Positions 60,031 through 64,000 of a stretch of DNA of 64,000 bases are shown here, piece by piece (position 1 is the stretch's first letter; each line of letters opens with the position of its first letter). A model generated the notes under the pieces. It was not told the origin of the DNA. It was given only the letters and a program-made list of their open reading frames with translations, and searched no databases. The translations under genes and the position numbers were made by a program. The DNA comes from an uncultured delta proteobacterium (lineage in GTDB: Bacteria > Myxococcota_A > Polyangia > Polyangiales > JAFGIB01). The stretch is taken from contig CAVZVA010000003.1 of assembly GCA_963778655.1 (NCBI GenBank), forward strand, positions 320,001 to 384,000, given 5' to 3'.

Positions 60031-60846
60031 TCAGCCCCCACCGCCCTGCGCCCACGCGGGCCAGCCCGCGAGCGCAGCTTCGACCTCGCGCCAGCCGGTA
60101 TACGGCTGCGCGGCCATCGCCTCGCGCACCGCCTGCACGTGGCGCAGCAGCTCGTCAGCGGCCAGCTCGCCGCGGTGGTGCACGAAGCTCAGGAACGCGA
60201 GCAAGGTCTCGACGGTGTCGAGCTTGCAGTACTCGATCACGCGCGCGAGCTCATCGGACAGCACGTGCTCGTAGACCGAGCGCTCGAGAAAGCTCTTGCC
60301 GGGCAAGCCCAGCGTGCGCGTCCAGTTGCCCAGCCCCACGCGGCTGGAAGCGCCATAGCCGCTGAGCGCGTCCATCAGATCCAGGTGCAGGTCGTGATAG
60401 CGGCTCTGGTAGTTGTTGAAGCGAAAGTCGCCATCGCTGCGGTACAGGTTGGGCGCGACCACGCCGTGCAGCATCGCACGGTAGCGGATCACCGGCAGAT
60501 CGAAGCCCGAGCCGTTCCACGACACCAGCCGCGGCGGATGCTGCTCGTTCTTGAGCAGCGCGAAGAATGCCTCCAGGATGGCGCGCTCCTCGCCTTGCTC
60601 GGCGCCCAGCGCGCGGATCTCGACCCGCCCGCTCTTGGGCCCGAGCAGCGTCGCGCAGATCGCAACCACGCGGTGCCACGGCGCCTGCGGGTACTCGCTC
60701 TTGTTCTCGGTCTCCTCTAGCCGCCGCCGCACCATCTCGCGCACCACCTCGGCGTCGTCGCCCTCGATGCCGAGCAGCCGCCGGCCGATCTCGGGGTCGG
60801 GGATGGTCTCGATGTCGAAGGCGATGATGGGTCGGTCCAGGAGCAT
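60031..60846 (-). CDS. PolB-like 3'-5' exonuclease
   Basis: AFDIETIPD, SWNGSGFDLPV, YCKLD. Confidence 0.88.
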   Translation of the reverse strand: MLLDRPIIAFDIETIPDPEIGRRLLGIEGDDAEVVREMVRRRLEETENKSEYPQAPWHRVVAICATLLGPKSGRVEIRALGAEQGEERAILEAFFALLKNEQHPPRLVSWNGSGFDLPVIRYRAMLHGVVAPNLYRSDGDFRFNNYQSRYHDLHLDLMDALSGYGASSRVGLGNWTRTLGLPGKSFLERSVYEHVLSDELARVIEYCKLDTVETLLAFLSFVHHRGELAADELLRHVQAVREAMAAQPYTGWREVEAALAGWPAWAQGGGG

Positions 60847-60888
60847 GGAGCCTCGCGCGGGGTACACGGGCATGGTAGCGCAGCAGCC

Positions 60889-61710
60889 GTGCCCGATCGA
60901 CGCGCCCATCGCGGACCGCATCCCGAGGACGCGCGGCTGTTTGCGCCGGCACAGCGGGCGGCCCTGCGCGCCGCGACCGATGAGCTGTCGTGGCTGCTCG
61001 GTCGCGGGTACACGCTCGCCTCCGGCCTGAAGCTGGTCGGCGATCGCCACGCGCTCAGCCAGCGCCAGCGCGCCGCGGTGGCGCGCTGCGCGTGTGCGCC
61101 TAGCGTCGCAGCCGCGCGTCGCGCGCGCATGCTGGAGCCGCAGCAGGCCGCCGGGCGCGAGCTGTGGATCGACGGCTTCAACGTGCTGACCACGCTCGAG
61201 GTCGCGCTCTCCGGCGGCGTGGTGCTGCGCGCGCGCGATGGCGTGCTGCGCGACATCGCCGGCGTGCACGGCAGCTACCGCAAGGTGCAGGAGACGTTGC
61301 CGGCGCTCGGGCTGCTCGGCGCGCTCACCACCGAGCTGAGGCTCGCGCGCTGCTGCTTTCTGCTCGACCGCCCGGTCTCGAACAGCGGCCGCCTGCGCGC
61401 GCTGATCCGCGAGCACGCGGCCGCGCACGGGCTGCCGTGGGACGCGCGCGTGGTGCCGAACCCCGATCGCGTGCTGGTATCGAGCGATCCCGGGCTCGAG
61501 GCCAGCTCGCTCGCGAGCCCCGACCCAGCACCGGGCGCAGCCGGCGCCGAAGCGCCGGGCGCGGCGTTCGGCGGGCGCGCGGCCGGTGCGCGGGTGGTTG
61601 CCAGCGCCGACGGTCCGGTGCTGGACCGTTGCGGACCCTGGCTCAACCTGGCCTGCATCGCGGTCGAGAGCGCCGTTGCGGACGCATTCCTGGTCGACCT
61701 CTCCAGTTAA
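60889..61710 (+). CDS. DUF434 domain protein
   Basis: LSWLLGRGY, IDGFNVLTTLE, DGVLRDIAG, LDRPVSNSG. Confidence 0.8.
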   Translation: MPDRRAHRGPHPEDARLFAPAQRAALRAATDELSWLLGRGYTLASGLKLVGDRHALSQRQRAAVARCACAPSVAAARRARMLEPQQAAGRELWIDGFNVLTTLEVALSGGVVLRARDGVLRDIAGVHGSYRKVQETLPALGLLGALTTELRLARCCFLLDRPVSNSGRLRALIREHAAAHGLPWDARVVPNPDRVLVSSDPGLEASSLASPDPAPGAAGAEAPGAAFGGRAAGARVVASADGPVLDRCGPWLNLACIAVESAVADAFLVDLSS

Positions 61711-62116
61711 AGGCGGGTTAGCACTACTGTTCCCAATCTCCCGTGGTTGGATTTCTGTACGCCGTGGGTTCGATCAGCAGGCGCGCACCGCCCCTGAGCG
61801 GGCCCGCGCCGTGCGGAAAGGCGGCCGCGAAGGGATTGGGAACAGGAGTGTTGGGGGCGGGGCGGCGCTGGCAGGCGCGGTCCCCCCGCGCGGCTCGAGC
61901 CGCCCGCCTGCGCACATGCCTGCCACGGCCTGAAAAGTCAGCGTTGCTGGCCGCCTGGGGTAATCGATTGGAGGCGCTGCCGGTGGTGTGCGCTCCCTCG
62001 CTACTTATACTCACCAATCGAGGCGCCTCATGGGTTGGGGGGCTGACATTTTGGCGGACGGATGCATGGTCCTGCATCCGTCCAATGGGCGGTGGTTTCG
62101 GGAAAAGAGGGTCAAG

Positions 62117-63520
62117 ATGGGTTTCCTAGGCAAGACAGAATCGACGTCCGGACGCTGCGCGCTCGGACTTGGGTGCGCGCTTCTGGTGATGGGTTGTGGG
62201 TCGAGCTCCAAGAACGGGAGCACGACCGGTGGAGACGGCAATCCGGCCGCGCCGGGCGGCACCAACACCACGACGATGAACGGCGCGACCGGAGGCGGCA
62301 CGGGCGGCACCGGCGCCAGCACCCTCGGCACGGGCAGCGGCAGCGGTGGCGCCAGCGGAGCGGCTGCCGGCGGCGGCGCGTCGGGCTCGGGCAGCATGGC
62401 CTCGTCGACCGGAGGCAGCGGCGGCGGCACCATGGATATGAACACCGGCGGCGGCACCGCGGGTGACAGTGGCGGCGCTGGCGGGAGCTCGTCCAGTGGG
62501 CTGGACACGAGCGGCTTCCTCACCGACTGCCAGCAGGGCGGCGCCTCGTGGGGCACGCCGCAGCAATCGGGACCCTGCATCAGCGGCGTCACGACCTATG
62601 GCGTGAAGCAGATGTTTGGGCCCTACGGCGTCCGATCCGACTACAACGTCGGCAAGGGATTCGAGACCGCCGGCACGGACGATAGCGCCTATTGCAATTC
62701 GGTCTTCATTCCTTCGTTCGGCGCCGACCCCAAGGGCAGCGCCGACCTGATGGACACCCACGATCTCGATTTCAGTCTGTACACGGTGTTCTACCCGGGC
62801 GTCATGCCCGAGGGCGAGAAGTTCCCGCTCATCACTTGGGGCAATGGCACCTGCGCCATGCCCGAAGGCTACGGGCCGCTGCTGCGATCCATCGCCTCCT
62901 ACGGCTACATCATCATCGCCGCCAATGATCGCGAGGTCAGCGACGGTACCTCGATGTCGAAGGGCATCGACTTCATGCTGTCGGAGAACGACAAGTCGGA
63001 TAGCAAGTTCTACCAGAAGATCGACACCGACCACATCGGCGCCATGGGCCACTCCCAAGGCGGTGGGGCCACCATCATGGTTGCCTCCAATGATTCGCGC
63101 GTCTCCGCGGTGATCATCTGGAACGCCGGAGCGCCTGCCTCGAAGCCGTTCCTGGCGGTGTCGGGCGATATGGACCTGGGCGCGGGCACCGATCCCTCGT
63201 CACTCAAGAACTCGGTGACGGCGGCGCAACAACCCGGAGCATGGATCTGGTATCACCAGGTCCCCCAGGCGGTGAACGGCTCGACCACGGGTCCGCTGGC
63301 TCCCGGCCACCTGACGCTGATGATGGAATCCGAGCGCGTCATCGAGCCGGCACTCGCCTGGTGGGACATGATGCTCAAGGGCAAAGCAGACGCCAAGAGC
63401 ATGTTCGTCGGTGACAACTGTACGCTGTGTGACACCAGCACGTATCCGAGCATGTGGCCGCCCTTCGTCGGGCTCGATAGCCCGGCGCACGAGTACGGCG
63501 CCAACGCGATGCTCAAGTAG
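62117..63520 (+). CDS. Lipoprotein alpha/beta hydrolase (cutinase/chlorophyllase-like)
   Basis: VMGC lipobox, Gly/Ser linker, WGNGT, GHSQGG, GDMD, GHLT. Confidence 0.8.
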   Translation: MGFLGKTESTSGRCALGLGCALLVMGCGSSSKNGSTTGGDGNPAAPGGTNTTTMNGATGGGTGGTGASTLGTGSGSGGASGAAAGGGASGSGSMASSTGGSGGGTMDMNTGGGTAGDSGGAGGSSSSGLDTSGFLTDCQQGGASWGTPQQSGPCISGVTTYGVKQMFGPYGVRSDYNVGKGFETAGTDDSAYCNSVFIPSFGADPKGSADLMDTHDLDFSLYTVFYPGVMPEGEKFPLITWGNGTCAMPEGYGPLLRSIASYGYIIIAANDREVSDGTSMSKGIDFMLSENDKSDSKFYQKIDTDHIGAMGHSQGGGATIMVASNDSRVSAVIIWNAGAPASKPFLAVSGDMDLGAGTDPSSLKNSVTAAQQPGAWIWYHQVPQAVNGSTTGPLAPGHLTLMMESERVIEPALAWWDMMLKGKADAKSMFVGDNCTLCDTSTYPSMWPPFVGLDSPAHEYGANAMLK

Positions 63521-63709
63521 CCGCCGCACAGCGCCAGGCCGAGCGGTCGTGAAGGCCGCTCGGCCGCGCACGTGTTTTTCCAGGGGACACGCGCAGGCCG
63601 GCGAGCGCAGCGCGCGCAAGCACGAATGGAAGCGCGTGCCCGTACCCGTTGATTGCGGCGATCAGATTCGGTACAGAGGCCCGCAGCGGCTCAGTCGAGA
63701 GGATTCGTG

Positions 63710-64000
63710 ATGAATAGGCAAGTTGTGTCGTTCGCGTTGCTCCTGGTTCTGGCCGCGAGCGGGTGCTCGAAGACCAACAGTGGCAACAACGCCGCGGGCG
63801 GCAGCGGCAACAGCGGCGGAAGCAGCAGCGACGCCGGAGGCAGTAGCGATCAGTTCTCGTGCGTCAACAAGGGCGACATCAACTTCGACTGTCCCTTTAA
63901 CCTGCCCCCGCTCACGGGCAGCTGCGCGCCCCACGGCGACTGTTGCTACCGCGCTTCGAACAGCGAGAAGCTCGCGGCGCTCGGGCCCGACGATCCGGCC
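63710..64000 (+). CDS. Lipoprotein, partial (runs off the window)
   Basis: MNRQVVSFALLLVLAASGC, then an open frame to the end. Confidence 0.6.
   Translation, partial: MNRQVVSFALLLVLAASGCSKTNSGNNAAGGSGNSGGSSSDAGGSSDQFSCVNKGDINFDCPFNLPPLTGSCAPHGDCCYRASNSEKLAALGPDDPA

Overview
Very GC-rich window, most likely from a Myxococcota (Polyangia-like) genome, judging by the Gly/Cys-rich lipoproteins, MYXO-CTERM-like tail, TIGR02147 and ECF/anti-sigma operon. Many genes carry single-base frameshifts, probably long-read errors. About 0.7-14.5 kb and 49.8-64 kb are mostly ordinary genes; 14.5-49.7 kb is a mobile-element accretion zone downstream of tRNA-Lys(CTT). Main features: (1) a ~17.4 kb integrative mobilisable element (32260-49736) bounded by a 45-bp direct repeat of the tRNA 3' end. 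It carries arm-type repeats, an intact tyrosine integrase plus several remnants, an IncQ-2/pTF-FC2-like mobABCDE cluster with a visible oriT, a RelE/ParE toxin-antitoxin pair, a 9x47-aa TPR protein, a sigma-like + GIY-YIG cassette between 24-bp direct repeats, and a SIR2-NTPase-helical defence candidate with an extra N-terminal domain. (2) Three near-identical ~1.8 kb elements encoding a RAYT-like Y1 HUH transposase, with sharp shared ends and iterated GGATC-containing termini, flanking cargo blocks. (3) Two truncated group II introns, ISL3 and IS3 elements, an orphan class II lanthipeptide-type precursor, and a 63-bp repeat that abuts two different insertions. All family assignments come from motif recognition; no database search was run.
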